Shown here in pieces: positions 1 to 9,840 of a stretch of 32,000 nt of DNA. The translations under genes and the position numbers were made by a program. The notes below the pieces were generated by a model, which had not been told where the DNA came from, did no database searches, and worked only from the letters and a program-made list of their open reading frames with translations. Each line of letters begins with the position of its first letter. The first letter of the stretch is position 1. The DNA comes from Ignicoccus pacificus DSM 13166. Lineage in GTDB: Archaea; Thermoproteota; Thermoprotei_A; Sulfolobales; Ignicoccaceae. Location of the stretch: contig CP006868.1 in assembly GCA_025340205.1 (NCBI GenBank), positions 720,001 to 752,000 on the forward strand, read 5' to 3'.

Positions 1-2845
1 TCTGCTCCAATATCTTAACGGCTTCAGTTAGGTACTTACTATCTGAAGGGTCATTCTTCTCTAAGGTGTATGCCAGTATCTTCTTTCCTTCCCGAGGCAG
101 CTCGTTTGGTACTGCTGAGAGCCATGAAAGGATTAACGCTTCTTCATACACCTTGCTGAAGACAGCTACCTCACCGGTACTCCTCATCTCAGGCCCTAAG
201 TCCGGATACACTCCCTTCATCTGCGTCCAACTGAACTGAGGGCTCTTCACTCCCCAAACAGGGGTGGGAGGCTCCAAGAGCTCTTCATCTATTCCTAGGG
301 ACCCGTTCAGCACGGCCTTGGCAGCGTATTCCATCAAGTTAATCCTCCTAGACTTACTCGTAAACGGCATACTTCTACTCGCTCTAAGATTTAGTTCTAT
401 TACATAGGGTTCATTGTTAACGATGACGAACTGAATGTTGTATGGACCTACTATCTCTAATTCGTTAACGAGCATAAGAGCTATTTCCTTCATCCTATTC
501 TTGGTGTAATCACTCAGTCTCGCCGGCGTAACCATAGTGGAATCGCCAGAGTGAACTCCAGCGGGCTCTACGTGACTAACTGGAATCACTATCGTGTGCC
601 TACTATCGCCTACGCCGTCCAGTTCAGCTTCCTTGGCACCCACGAAGAACTCAGAGACGACTACGGGGTATTCTGGACTGATCTTGGCTGCCAGTTGCAA
701 GAACTTCACTAACTCCTCCCAACTCCATATAATTCTCATTGCAGAACCGCTGAGAACATAACTCGGTCTGACGATTACTGGGAAGCCTACCTCCTCGATG
801 AACCTCCGTACCTCATTTAGATCTCTAGCAGCGATCCACCTCGGTTGCTTTATTCCGAGTTTATCCAACAGGGCACTGAACTTACTCCTATCTTCGGCTC
901 TATCTACGCTCTCGCCCGAGGTTCCTAATATAGGAACCCCGTAGCTCTGGAGCTTCTTGTATAATCGATTGGCTATTTGACCTCCTGCAAACGCTATTAC
1001 GCCCCATGGTTTCTCCTTCTTGCTTATCTTGTATACGCTCTCCAAGCTCAATTCATCGAAGTACAGCTTGTCGCTTTCATCCCAATCGGTTGAAACTGTC
1101 TCGGGGTTGTAATTTACCACTATTACCTCCTCTGAGCCCATTTTCTTTAATGCCTTAGTTACGTTGACTACCGCCCAATCGAACTCGACTGACACGCCTA
1201 TCCTGAAGACACCCGCTCCTAGAACTATCGTCTTCATCCTCTTAGGAGAAAAGTCTGGATCGTCTTCCATTCCATCGTAGGTTAGATACAAGTAATTGGT
1301 TACCGCAGGCCACTCCGCGGCTAACGTATCTATTCTTTTCACATAGGGCAGCGCCCCTTCCCGGATATCCTTCTTAAGTTGTTTATCCGTAAAGCCTAGT
1401 GACTTGAAATATTCATAATCTATCTTCCCTTGATTTATCTCCTTTTGAGCGTCCACTATCTCCTGAATCCAATAAAGGAAGTACTTGTCAGTACCATAGG
1501 CTTCGTGGACTTCGTCTATGCTTGCTCCCTCCCATAAGGCCTTAGCAGCGTAAAGAGGCCAATAGGGTTCCCTCTTCCTAAGCTTCTCTAGAGCCTCATC
1601 CTTGCTCATATCCCTTATATCCTTAAAGTCTGTAATCCCTTCGTAACCGAGATCCAACATCCTTATTGCCTTCTGAAGGGCTTCAGCGACGTTTCTTCCT
1701 ATGGCCATTACCTCTCCTATGCTCTTCATCTCACTATCCAAGTTTCTTATAGATCCTTCAAACTTATCCAAGTCCCACCTAGGCACTTTTATTACAACGT
1801 AGTCAAGGCTCGGCTCGAAACACGCACACGTTATACCGGTAACCTTATTCAATATTTCGTATATCTTGTATCCCAAGGCTATTTTTGCTGCTATATAGGC
1901 TAGAGGATATCCGGTAGCTTTACTGGCTAACGCACTGCTTCTGCTCATCCTAGGGTTAGTCTCAATAACATAGAAGGTCTCGCTCTTAGGGTCCAACGTA
2001 AGTTGAACGTTTCCCTCCCCAACCATGCCTATTACTTCAGCCACTCTGATGGATGCGTCTCTTAGCAGTTGGTACTCTCTATTAGTTAAGGTTTGACAAG
2101 GAGCTATCACTATAGAATCTCCCGTATGAACGCCCATGGGATCAAGGTTTTCCAAACAAGCAATAGCTGCGCTGTTGTTCTCATAATCCCTAACAACTTC
2201 GAACTCTATTTCTTTCCAATGATGTAGATACTTTTCTACGAGAACCCTTCCGACTGCGCTCTGTGCTAGTGCCCTTTTTACCCAGACCTTGAGCTCTTCC
2301 TCATTCCATGCAATGAAACTTCCCTTACCGCCCAAGGTGAAGGCTATTCTTACTATTACAGGATATCCTATCTCTCTAGCGACCTCTATCGCCTCTTCGA
2401 CCGTCGTAGCGGGCTTGCTCGGAGGCATTGGAAGTCCGTTCTCTGTCATAACCTTCTTAAAGAGAGTTTTGTCCGTGGCCTTTACAATACCTTCTATAGG
2501 GGTCCCCAAGACTTCTATTCCGTACTTCTGGAATACGCCTCTTTCCCAAAGTTCGACTCCTAGAGTTAAGGCCGTTTGGCCACCGAACCCTATCATTATT
2601 CCGTCGGGCCTCTCCCTCTCGATTATCTTCTCTAACACATCAACCCTTAATGGAGTGAAGTATATTCTATCAGCAAGGGTATACGTGGTCTGAACGGTTG
2701 CTACATTGGGATTCACTAGGATCGACTTTATTCCTTCCTCTCTTAGAGCTTTTAGAGCTTGACTTCCGCTGTAGTCGAACTCCGCCGCTTCACCTATCTT
2801 TATTGCTCCTGACCCTATTACCATTACCTTCTTGAGGTCCTTCAC
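1..2845 (-). CDS. carB: carbamoyl-phosphate synthase large subunit, partial (3' end runs off the window; about 948 codons present)
   Basis: Absent from the ORF track because it leaves the window. My minus-strand translation from GTG 2845 gives (M)KDLKKVMVIGSGAIKIGEAAEFDYSGSQALKALREEGIKSILVNPNVATVQT, a canonical CarB N-terminus. The start of the second ATP-grasp half is visible near 1250 (MKTIVLGAGVFRIGVSVEFDW). It starts 1 nt after the carA stop. Confidence 0.9.
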   Translation of the reverse strand, partial: MKDLKKVMVIGSGAIKIGEAAEFDYSGSQALKALREEGIKSILVNPNVATVQTTYTLADRIYFTPLRVDVLEKIIERERPDGIMIGFGGQTALTLGVELWERGVFQKYGIEVLGTPIEGIVKATDKTLFKKVMTENGLPMPPSKPATTVEEAIEVAREIGYPVIVRIAFTLGGKGSFIAWNEEELKVWVKRALAQSAVGRVLVEKYLHHWKEIEFEVVRDYENNSAAIACLENLDPMGVHTGDSIVIAPCQTLTNREYQLLRDASIRVAEVIGMVGEGNVQLTLDPKSETFYVIETNPRMSRSSALASKATGYPLAYIAAKIALGYKIYEILNKVTGITCACFEPSLDYVVIKVPRWDLDKFEGSIRNLDSEMKSIGEVMAIGRNVAEALQKAIRMLDLGYEGITDFKDIRDMSKDEALEKLRKREPYWPLYAAKALWEGASIDEVHEAYGTDKYFLYWIQEIVDAQKEINQGKIDYEYFKSLGFTDKQLKKDIREGALPYVKRIDTLAAEWPAVTNYLYLTYDGMEDDPDFSPKRMKTIVLGAGVFRIGVSVEFDWAVVNVTKALKKMGSEEVIVVNYNPETVSTDWDESDKLYFDELSLESVYKISKKEKPWGVIAFAGGQIANRLYKKLQSYGVPILGTSGESVDRAEDRSKFSALLDKLGIKQPRWIAARDLNEVRRFIEEVGFPVIVRPSYVLSGSAMRIIWSWEELVKFLQLAAKISPEYPVVVSEFFVGAKEAELDGVGDSRHTIVIPVSHVEPAGVHSGDSTMVTPARLSDYTKNRMKEIALMLVNELEIVGPYNIQFVIVNNEPYVIELNLRASRSMPFTSKSRRINLMEYAAKAVLNGSLGIDEELLEPPTPVWGVKSPQFSWTQMKGVYPDLGPEMRSTGEVAVFSKVYEEALILSWLSAVPNELPREGKKILAYTLEKNDPSDSKYLTEAVKILEQ

Positions 2846-3970
2846 TCACTTCACCTCCTTCACAGCCTTAGCGAACATGTCGAAGATCCACCGGGTATCA
2901 TGAGGTCCCGGTGAGGACTCTGGGTGGAACTGGACGCTAAATATCTTCTTCTCGTAATTTACCACGCCCTCCAAAGTTCTGTCATCGGGGTTGAAGAACC
3001 AATGTTTGAACATCCTCCTATTTACTGTCTCGGGCTTGATGGCGTAACCGTGATTTTCGCTTACTATATAGCATTTAGAATCGGTATCCTTAACAGGCTT
3101 GTTTACTCCTCTGTGACCATACTTCATCTTGTAAACTTGTGCTCCAAAAGCTATGTTAAGTAATTGATGACCCAGACATATGGAAAGTATTGGAAAACCG
3201 TATTCCACGGCAGCTCTAGCTGCTTCGGTTACCTTGTACCTCTCAGCCGCAATCTTAGGATTTCCGGGACCATTCGCTAAGATTACACCTTTAATCTCGT
3301 CACTAAACTTCTCTATCTTCTCACCACAGGGTATCCTTAGAACCCTCAATCCTCGTTCGGTTAGTTCTCTCACTATACCATACTTCACGCCACAGTCAAT
3401 AAGAGCCACCGTCTCCCCTTCACCATGGGCTATTGGTACCTTTGGCTTCACTTGGGAGATGTAATCGACCTCATCGTATCTAGGGACGTTTGATATCTTC
3501 CCCAGGGCACTCTCTATTTCATCCGCCGGTACTATCGCTCCCATCTTCACTCCTTCTTCTCTAATCTTCTTGACTATCATCCTCGTATCGACAAAGTGTA
3601 ATCCCGGAATTGATTCTCTCTTTAGCCATTCATCGAGGCTCATTACGGAGCTCCAGTGGCTCGGCTTTGTGAGTCTGGAAATCACGAATCCTTCTACCTT
3701 AATGCTATCGGATTCATAATGAAGAGGGAGTCCGCTTGGTTTATGGATCAGATTTTTCGAAGGAACACCATAGTTACCTACCATGGGATGGGTCATCACT
3801 AGTATCTGGCCTTTATAGGAAGGGTCGGTCAAGGACTCAGGATAGCCGTTCATAGTAGTCGTGAAAACTATCTCACCGATACTTACTCTCGGTTCCCCGA
3901 AATAGCATCCTCTAAATACGGTACCATCTTCCAGGACCAAAGCGGCCTCTTCAGATCCTTTGCATTTCAT
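2846..3970 (-). CDS. carA: carbamoyl-phosphate synthase small (glutamine amidotransferase) subunit
   Basis: 374 aa. N-terminus LVLEDGTVFRG..FGE..GEIVFTTTMNGYPESLTDPSYKGQILVMTHPMVGNYGVP. GATase triad context ICLGHQLL and FSVQFHPE. Lies immediately upstream of carB. Confidence 0.95.
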   Translation of the reverse strand: MKCKGSEEAALVLEDGTVFRGCYFGEPRVSIGEIVFTTTMNGYPESLTDPSYKGQILVMTHPMVGNYGVPSKNLIHKPSGLPLHYESDSIKVEGFVISRLTKPSHWSSVMSLDEWLKRESIPGLHFVDTRMIVKKIREEGVKMGAIVPADEIESALGKISNVPRYDEVDYISQVKPKVPIAHGEGETVALIDCGVKYGIVRELTERGLRVLRIPCGEKIEKFSDEIKGVILANGPGNPKIAAERYKVTEAARAAVEYGFPILSICLGHQLLNIAFGAQVYKMKYGHRGVNKPVKDTDSKCYIVSENHGYAIKPETVNRRMFKHWFFNPDDRTLEGVVNYEKKIFSVQFHPESSPGPHDTRWIFDMFAKAVKEVK

Positions 3971-4061
3971 TATGACCCGCAGTTGAGGGAGCCTTGAGAG
4001 GCTTATATCGTTGTATGAAGATTCCTTAAGGAAGGGGGGAGGGGGACTGAGGGATCCTTGA

Positions 4062-4138
4062 TGGTGGGCCCGGGGGGATTCGAACCCCCGGCCTCCCGGT
4101 TATCAGCCGGGCGCTCTGCCGGGCTAAGCTACGGGCCC
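4062..4138 (-). tRNA. tRNA-Ile (anticodon GAU), CCA encoded
   Basis: The reverse complement GGGCCCGTAGCTTAGCCCGGCAGAGCGCCCGGCTGATAACCGGGAGGCCGGGGGTTCGAATCCCCCCGGGCCCACCA folds as a full cloverleaf. Anticodon loop is CTGATAA and the T-loop is TTCGAAT. Confidence 0.95.
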
Positions 4139-4160
4139 ATTCGTCGGCTCATAATTCCCA

Positions 4161-4167
4161 TTTAAAT
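4161..4167 (-). promoter_or_regulatory. TATA box (palindromic ATTTAAA(T)) for tRNA-Ile
   Basis: Minus strand reads TATTTAAAT, then 21 nt, then G1 of the tRNA. This is typical archaeal TATA-to-start spacing. Confidence 0.5.
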
Positions 4168-4222
4168 ACTTTTCCCTATTCGATTTATTGGGTACGATGA
4201 GGAGCGCAGGGTTGGCTGAAGG

Positions 4223-4690
4223 ATGATGAAGAAAAGCCGACCCGAGTACTCTCAACTAGTAGCGCTCGAGAGATCGAAGAGTAGAACGGGAAAACATGCC
4301 TTCGTCTCCTTGGCGTTCATAGTAGACAGAAAGTCCGGCGAGGTTAAGGAAAGCATTAAACCAAAGGGTCATCACCCCTCAGTTTATGTTAAAGGAGAGG
4401 GGGAGTTAAGGGAGGTCGAATATGATGATAACGACGTATTGGTGGTAGTTCAAATGGTTAAATCTCCCCAAAGAAATCCTAAGAAGAGTGTGAAGGGCAA
4501 AATACTTGTATTTGATAAAGGGCAACTCGTCTATAGAGCCGTATATAGGGATCTTAAGTTACGAGGCTCTTTCGGTGAACCTCATTACATAAGGTATGTG
4601 AGAAGCGTGATGTCCTTGCTCCAAGTCCCTATCAAGAGGGAAAACCCTGATGCGCACCTACCTAAGCGCGGGCATAGACATAGGCACTAG
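4223..4690 (+). CDS. hypothetical protein (155 aa, basic, His-rich C-terminus)
   Basis: Long ORF in an otherwise unassigned gap, with codon usage like its neighbours. It overlaps the next gene by 41 nt, which suggests an operon. I recognise no family motif. Confidence 0.5.
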   Translation: MMKKSRPEYSQLVALERSKSRTGKHAFVSLAFIVDRKSGEVKESIKPKGHHPSVYVKGEGELREVEYDDNDVLVVVQMVKSPQRNPKKSVKGKILVFDKGQLVYRAVYRDLKLRGSFGEPHYIRYVRSVMSLLQVPIKRENPDAHLPKRGHRHRH

Positions 4691-5450
4691 AGGCATAAGA
4701 CTAACCGTAATTGACTGTTCAAGTTTAAACACTATCTACAAGGAGGTCTATGACAGACACTCCATAGATTTTCTTCTCAAAACGATCAAAGGATTAGGAG
4801 TAGAGAGGATCTGCGTCGCAGGAGGCTATCAATGGAGAGAGGTTACAAATCACGATATTTATTCCGAGGAGCTGATAGCGTTCGGATCTTCTCAAGAGGA
4901 GACACATGGCCTTCGGCGAACCGTTAGGATGCTCTCACTTGCGAAGGAACTCCTATTATTGCCCTCAGGCGGTGCCAGTGGAGAGCTCCCTCGCTGGTTC
5001 ACCTTCAACGTGCTGGACAGTGGAACGCCAGATAAGGTGGCTAAAGCAAATTATATAATTCATAGGATGGGGTTACACACCTTCACCCTAATTGATGATG
5101 GTTGCTTTACCACTCTGATAGGTATAGAAGATGATGCTATAACAAAGGTGATAGCTTCTACATGGGGAGTTCCCGGCAAATGCTCTCCCGGTCGGGTTGA
5201 TGTCGAGCTCTGCTTAGCCTTTAAGTGGCCACAATCGAAGAGGGATTTGATCGACTGCGACGTACCTAATGATGTGATGGAAGGGTGGATTGACTTCTAC
5301 AAGGAACTCTTCCCCTCCCCGTATATGAGAGGCTCAGAGCTCGATGAGTTCAGCGCTTCCGAAGGAGCGGCTCTCTGGTGTTGCGGATTAAGACCAAAAC
5401 ACATCTTTTCATCTAGACCCTGGGGCTGTTTATGGGACAAGCATGGATAG
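4650..5450 (+). CDS. ASKHA (actin/sugar-kinase/Hsp70-like) fold ATPase-like protein, possibly of the archaeal COG2441/DUF1464 type
   Basis: The N-terminal AGIDIGTRGIRLTVID matches the phosphate-1 motif of ASKHA ATPases, and a later LDSGTPDKV resembles a second phosphate-binding segment. The family assignment is from memory and was not searched. Confidence 0.5.
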   Translation: MRTYLSAGIDIGTRGIRLTVIDCSSLNTIYKEVYDRHSIDFLLKTIKGLGVERICVAGGYQWREVTNHDIYSEELIAFGSSQEETHGLRRTVRMLSLAKELLLLPSGGASGELPRWFTFNVLDSGTPDKVAKANYIIHRMGLHTFTLIDDGCFTTLIGIEDDAITKVIASTWGVPGKCSPGRVDVELCLAFKWPQSKRDLIDCDVPNDVMEGWIDFYKELFPSPYMRGSELDEFSASEGAALWCCGLRPKHIFSSRPWGCLWDKHG

Positions 5451-6365
5451 TATTGCCCTCTGGGCATGGAGTTTATTCTCAGCTTGATCCCATACTACGC
5501 TGTAAGGGGCTTCTAGTACCTCTTCCGTGACCTCCTCACCTCTCTTAGCCGGCAAACAATGCATAAAGATGAAATCCTTACCAACACACTTCAAGAGTTC
5601 CCCGTTTACTTGGTAAGGCATTAGATCCCTCAACCTCTTTTCGGCTTCCCTTTCGAAGCCCATACTCACCCAAACATCGGTGTATATTACGTCAGCATCC
5701 TTTACGCCCTTACAAGGATCGTAGACTATCTCGAAGCTACCACCAGTCCTCCTTGCCCTCTCGATAGCTTGAGCTACTACCTCATCCATAGGTTCATAAC
5801 CTTGGGCCGTCACAACCCTTACATTAGCCCCTAGGCTAGTCATGGCTAAGATTAAACTATGGGCAACGTTATCTGATCCATCTCCTATGAAGACCACCTT
5901 TACACCTTCAGTTCTTCCCAAGTATTCCAGAATAGTCATGGCATCAGCAATGGCTTGAGTTGGGTGGAACTTGTCACTAAGAGCGTTGATCACCGGACCG
6001 GAGAAATACTTGGCCAATTCTATAAGAGTCTCATGCTTCAATACTCTTGCTACTAGGGCGTCAAGGTATCTATCCAAGACCCTAGCGGTATCCTTCAAGG
6101 GTTCACCTCTACTCAATTGACTATCTTTCTTTGAAATGAAGATGGATTTCATACCAAGTTGATAAGCAGCTACTTCGAAGGCTACTCTAGTCCTCGTGCT
6201 CGGCTTCTCAAATAATAATCCTATTGATCTTCCTTCATGTGTACCCCAGTATCTTCTACCTCTTTCATACTCTCCTTTCATTTGCATAGAATATTTTACC
6301 ATCTTCCTTATCTCATGAACGTCATAATCCATTAGGCTAATCATATCTCTACCTTTAAACAACAC
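5430..6365 (-). CDS. argF: ornithine carbamoyltransferase
   Basis: Motifs FEKPSTRTRVAFE, HPTQ, DVWVSMG and HCLPA. The last two favour OTCase over ATCase. GTG start. The 3' end overlaps the convergent upstream ORF by 21 nt. Confidence 0.9.
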   Translation of the reverse strand: MLFKGRDMISLMDYDVHEIRKMVKYSMQMKGEYERGRRYWGTHEGRSIGLLFEKPSTRTRVAFEVAAYQLGMKSIFISKKDSQLSRGEPLKDTARVLDRYLDALVARVLKHETLIELAKYFSGPVINALSDKFHPTQAIADAMTILEYLGRTEGVKVVFIGDGSDNVAHSLILAMTSLGANVRVVTAQGYEPMDEVVAQAIERARRTGGSFEIVYDPCKGVKDADVIYTDVWVSMGFEREAEKRLRDLMPYQVNGELLKCVGKDFIFMHCLPAKRGEEVTEEVLEAPYSVVWDQAENKLHAQRAILSMLVP

Positions 6366-6507
6366 TCGAACCCATCCATTCCTTAGCTCAAGCTATAATA
6401 TTTTGAATTGCATTGACTAAGATTAACACTTTCGGTCTAAGTGACTGGGTACAGAATGTACTCATTTACATAAGAATTAGACTTTCAGTTTAGATCAAGG
6501 TGGGAAA

Positions 6508-7047
6508 GTGCTCATTTGGAGATATGATGAAGGGTATGTGGTGGATTCGGAAACTGGCGTTGTGGTTGACATAATCGTGGATGAAGGACCATATCTCGGC
6601 AACTCAGAGCCGAAACCCTATATTGGCACCTCCCAAGGCGATGATGGTACCGGAACTACCTCTCTAAGGATTCAGAAATCACTAAAAAAGAGGTTGCTTA
6701 TCGACCGTAGAGGTACCTATGTGGCCTATAAGATGGGGCTGACTTCTAAGAGCGTGGGGAGTTTGACTAAAGTGAAGAAGATAGAGAGAATTAGATACAA
6801 AATACAAGAACTCGAAAGCGCCGAGTTCTTAATTGAGCGAGATAGATGGATGAAGATAATCAATCAAGACGCTAGACTTGCCTCAAGAACAGAAAGGGTC
6901 AAACTGGCTCTGGCATCAGTTATGGCAGCTAGAAGCCTTGGACTGGACATCTCCTTGGAGACCATCGCTAAAATATACAAAGTCAACGAGCACCATCTGA
7001 GAAAGCTCGTCAGTCTTACCTATAAGAGAATAGGTCTAACAGCGTAG
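6508..7047 (+). CDS. TFB/TFIIB-related protein with a cysteine-less ribbon region and a single cyclin-like repeat
   Basis: N-terminal YVVDSETGVVVDIIVDEGPYLG parallels the TFB ribbon/B-reader junction (..[22 protein letters not shown] in Sulfolobus TFB1, as I recall it), but no Cys is present. C-terminal RVKLALASVMAARSLGLDISLETIAKIYKVNEHHLRKLVSLTYKRIGL resembles a TFIIB cyclin repeat. Confidence 0.45.
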   Translation: MLIWRYDEGYVVDSETGVVVDIIVDEGPYLGNSEPKPYIGTSQGDDGTGTTSLRIQKSLKKRLLIDRRGTYVAYKMGLTSKSVGSLTKVKKIERIRYKIQELESAEFLIERDRWMKIINQDARLASRTERVKLALASVMAARSLGLDISLETIAKIYKVNEHHLRKLVSLTYKRIGLTA

Positions 7048-7050
7048 AAG

Positions 7051-9711
7051 CTACTGTTCCGAGACTACGGAGGTTGATCCGCTTTTCTCTACTATTATTA
7101 ACTTATCCGCGACGTCAGTTATCTCTTTATCGTGTGTAACTATGATTAACTGATGGAGACCTCCTCTGGTCGCCGCTAGGATTACATCCTTCAAGTTCCT
7201 CTTCCTCTCCATGTCCAGATATATTGTGGGCTCATCGAGTATCATGAATGTCAAGTTTCTCTCAATTAGGACTCTTGCCATTCCTATCCTCATTGCCAAT
7301 GCCAATGCAACTCTCTCACCACCGGAAAGGAAGCCTACTGGACTCTCGCCCGCTGAAGTTATCACCTTAATGTTCCACCCTTCGTCAATGCTTACTGACA
7401 TTACTGATGTATCAAATAGCTTTAATATTTCGTTGGTTGCTTCACTCCACTGATCTCTAAAGCTACTCAACACGAGTGCAACCACATCATTGCGAAGTTT
7501 CGGCCTAACATCATTATCTATAAATTCGATATACTCTCTCATAAGCATTATTTTCTTATCTAATTCATTTATTTTTTTAATTATCTTATCTTTTTCCTTC
7601 ACATACTCCTTGTACTCCTCGATTTTTTCTCTGAGCGCTTCTAGCTTGGTTCTCAATGAACTCACTTCCTCTTTCAGCCTCTCATATTCTGTAACATACT
7701 GTTCGTACTCTTTTTCATTAAATCGGATTTCCTTAAGCCTTTCTAGGATTTCCGCTTTATCTTTTTCATATTCATTAATTCTTTCGTAGAGATCATTTAA
7801 TGAGGAGAATAATATATTCAATCTATCTATTTTTTCGCTCACTTCTTTCCATTCCTTTTCTGCTCTAATTATTTCAAGGTACTCCCTTTCGACTTCTTCG
7901 ATGTCACTACCCACGATCTTTTCTAATTCCTCTATCTGCTTCTCTAAGGTTTCTTTAATTCCTTTCAGAGAATTTATTCTCTGCTGTACCGACCTTAATT
8001 TTTCTAATTCTCTCTCAGCCTTCTCGATATCCGTTCTTACTTTTTTTAATAATTTCTCGATCTCCATGCTCTTTCCTATTTCTTTCATCTTTTTTTGCAA
8101 TTCTGATTCTAATATCTCTAGATCATCGATATCGAACTCTTGAGCATTATACTTCTCATTGTATTTATCTAAAATCCCCAAGGCTCTATTAATTATTTTA
8201 GTTAAGTTGTCTATCCTCTCTTTTAATTTCTTTATTTTATTATTCAGTACATTGATCTCCCTCATTTCCTTGGAAATTTTTCTCTCTATTCTTTGGAGTT
8301 CTGTTTCGTATCTCATTCTGAGTTCTTCTCTTTCCCTTGGCTCTAGCTTCCGACCGCAGACAGGACAATACGGCTTGTCTTTTAAGAGAGATAACGCTTT
8401 TTTGAGTTCTTCTATTCTTTGTTCATCCATGGCCTTTAGTCTAAGCAATTGATCCCTTCTTTTTTCCATCTTTTCCAATTCCTTATTTAATTCCTCTAAC
8501 TCAAAGTTCAAGTCAATAACACTTATACCACCGGTGAGCCTCCTCAGGGTTGTCAAGTCCCTTTGAACTCTACTCAGCTCATTTTCTATATCTCTAGACT
8601 TAATACGCTTCTCCGTAAGTTCTCTTTCCAACTCGCGCAATTTTCTAAGATCCCTTTCTATATTTCGAATCTTCTCATCAATGCCCAAATTCTCCTTAAG
8701 TTCATCTTCTATTTTCTTTAACTCATCTAATTTCTTTTCTAAGTCCTTAGCCATAGTATATCTCCTAAGGATATCGTCCTTTTTCTCTAAAATCTCCTCC
8801 AATCTCTTCCTTTTCTCTAATAGTTTCTCCATAGTATAATTCCCTAAGAGTTGCTCTACCTCTTTTTTCTTCTTGTTTATTTGGTCTTTTGTCCTCTCTA
8901 TAATTTTATTTAAGGATTCAAGACGAGTCTTGTATTCTATGTATTCATTCCTCCTTTTTTCGAGCTCTTGAACCTTTGGTTCTATTTCCTTTAACCTTTC
9001 CAATAGCTTATTGAGCTCTCTCTCATAGCTCTTTCTTTGGGTATACATTTGTTCTAGCTTTTTCTCAAAGAGCTCTATTTCCTTCTTCCTATGTTCGAGA
9101 AGCGCTTTCTCTTTATCTAATTCATGAAGTTCTTGTTTGAAGTTACTTAATGCCTTACCTATGTTCTCTTGAGCTGTGGAAAGTTTGTCTAATTGAAGGA
9201 GTTGTATTATCATTTGCCTCCTGTTAGATGGAGTGTCCTCTATCACCGTCATTAGGTTTCCCTGGGGCACAAAGAGCAATTTCGAAAGGTAGGTGGGGTT
9301 CTTCAGTCCCATTTTCTGCAATATCGCCTCTGTGACTGCTCTGGCACCCTTCGCCTCAATTCTCCCCTTTCCGTTATCCATACGTATTAGTACGGCGTCG
9401 GTGCGGGCGGTCTTGCTACTTATCGCGTCGAGAGTCCTTTCCACAATATACTCAACGCCATCTATCTCAATTCTCAGAGTTACCTTTGCTCTTCTCGCTC
9501 CCTTCCTTATCAGCTCCGTCTTCGTGGTATCTGTTCCTCTACCATACTTCCTTGTTAGTGCCTCTCCTGTAAGCGCAAACGCTATCGCATCTATTATGCT
9601 GCTCTTCCCAGCGCCGTTAGGCCCTACTATTACATTTATCCCCTCATCAAAACTAACTTCGCTTCTCCTATGTGACAAGAAGTCCTCTATGGATACTGAT
9701 TTTATTATCAT
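7051..9711 (-). CDS. rad50: Rad50 DNA double-strand break repair ATPase
   Basis: 886 aa. Walker A is GPNGAGKSS. A very long K/E-rich coiled coil has a central zinc hook, CPVCG. Signature motif is LSGGE and Walker B is FMILDEPTIYLD. Confidence 0.9.
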   Translation of the reverse strand: MIIKSVSIEDFLSHRRSEVSFDEGINVIVGPNGAGKSSIIDAIAFALTGEALTRKYGRGTDTTKTELIRKGARRAKVTLRIEIDGVEYIVERTLDAISSKTARTDAVLIRMDNGKGRIEAKGARAVTEAILQKMGLKNPTYLSKLLFVPQGNLMTVIEDTPSNRRQMIIQLLQLDKLSTAQENIGKALSNFKQELHELDKEKALLEHRKKEIELFEKKLEQMYTQRKSYERELNKLLERLKEIEPKVQELEKRRNEYIEYKTRLESLNKIIERTKDQINKKKKEVEQLLGNYTMEKLLEKRKRLEEILEKKDDILRRYTMAKDLEKKLDELKKIEDELKENLGIDEKIRNIERDLRKLRELERELTEKRIKSRDIENELSRVQRDLTTLRRLTGGISVIDLNFELEELNKELEKMEKRRDQLLRLKAMDEQRIEELKKALSLLKDKPYCPVCGRKLEPREREELRMRYETELQRIERKISKEMREINVLNNKIKKLKERIDNLTKIINRALGILDKYNEKYNAQEFDIDDLEILESELQKKMKEIGKSMEIEKLLKKVRTDIEKAERELEKLRSVQQRINSLKGIKETLEKQIEELEKIVGSDIEEVEREYLEIIRAEKEWKEVSEKIDRLNILFSSLNDLYERINEYEKDKAEILERLKEIRFNEKEYEQYVTEYERLKEEVSSLRTKLEALREKIEEYKEYVKEKDKIIKKINELDKKIMLMREYIEFIDNDVRPKLRNDVVALVLSSFRDQWSEATNEILKLFDTSVMSVSIDEGWNIKVITSAGESPVGFLSGGERVALALAMRIGMARVLIERNLTFMILDEPTIYLDMERKRNLKDVILAATRGGLHQLIIVTHDKEITDVADKLIIVEKSGSTSVVSEQ

Positions 9712-9733
9712 GGGAGAACCCCTTGAGCTGATG

Positions 9734-9821
9734 TGGCGCCGGGGGCGGGATTCGAACCCGCGCGGGGTGATCCCCCAGTGGGTCTCGAGCCCACCCCCTT
9801 GGGCCGCTCGGGCACCCCGGC
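9734..9821 (-). tRNA. tRNA-Ser (anticodon CGA), class II with long variable arm, CCA encoded
   Basis: Reverse complement is GCCGGGGTGCCCGAGCGGCCCAAGGGGGTGGGCTCGAGACCCACTGGGGGATCACCCCGCGCGGGTTCGAATCCCGCCCCCGGCGCCA. Anticodon loop is CTCGAGA, with a 16-nt variable arm and discriminator G. Confidence 0.9.
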
Positions 9822-9840
9822 ACGAAAGCTCTCAACCTCT

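Noticed and set aside
4031-4053. G-run tract GGGGGGAGGGGGACTGAGGG between tRNA-Ile and carA, a possible G-quadruplex (C-rich on the transcribed strand).
   Set aside because: There are only three clear G-runs unless the 6-G run is split, and they lie on the non-transcribed strand. I have no supporting conservation or structure evidence. It may simply be a pyrimidine-rich spacer in the transcript.
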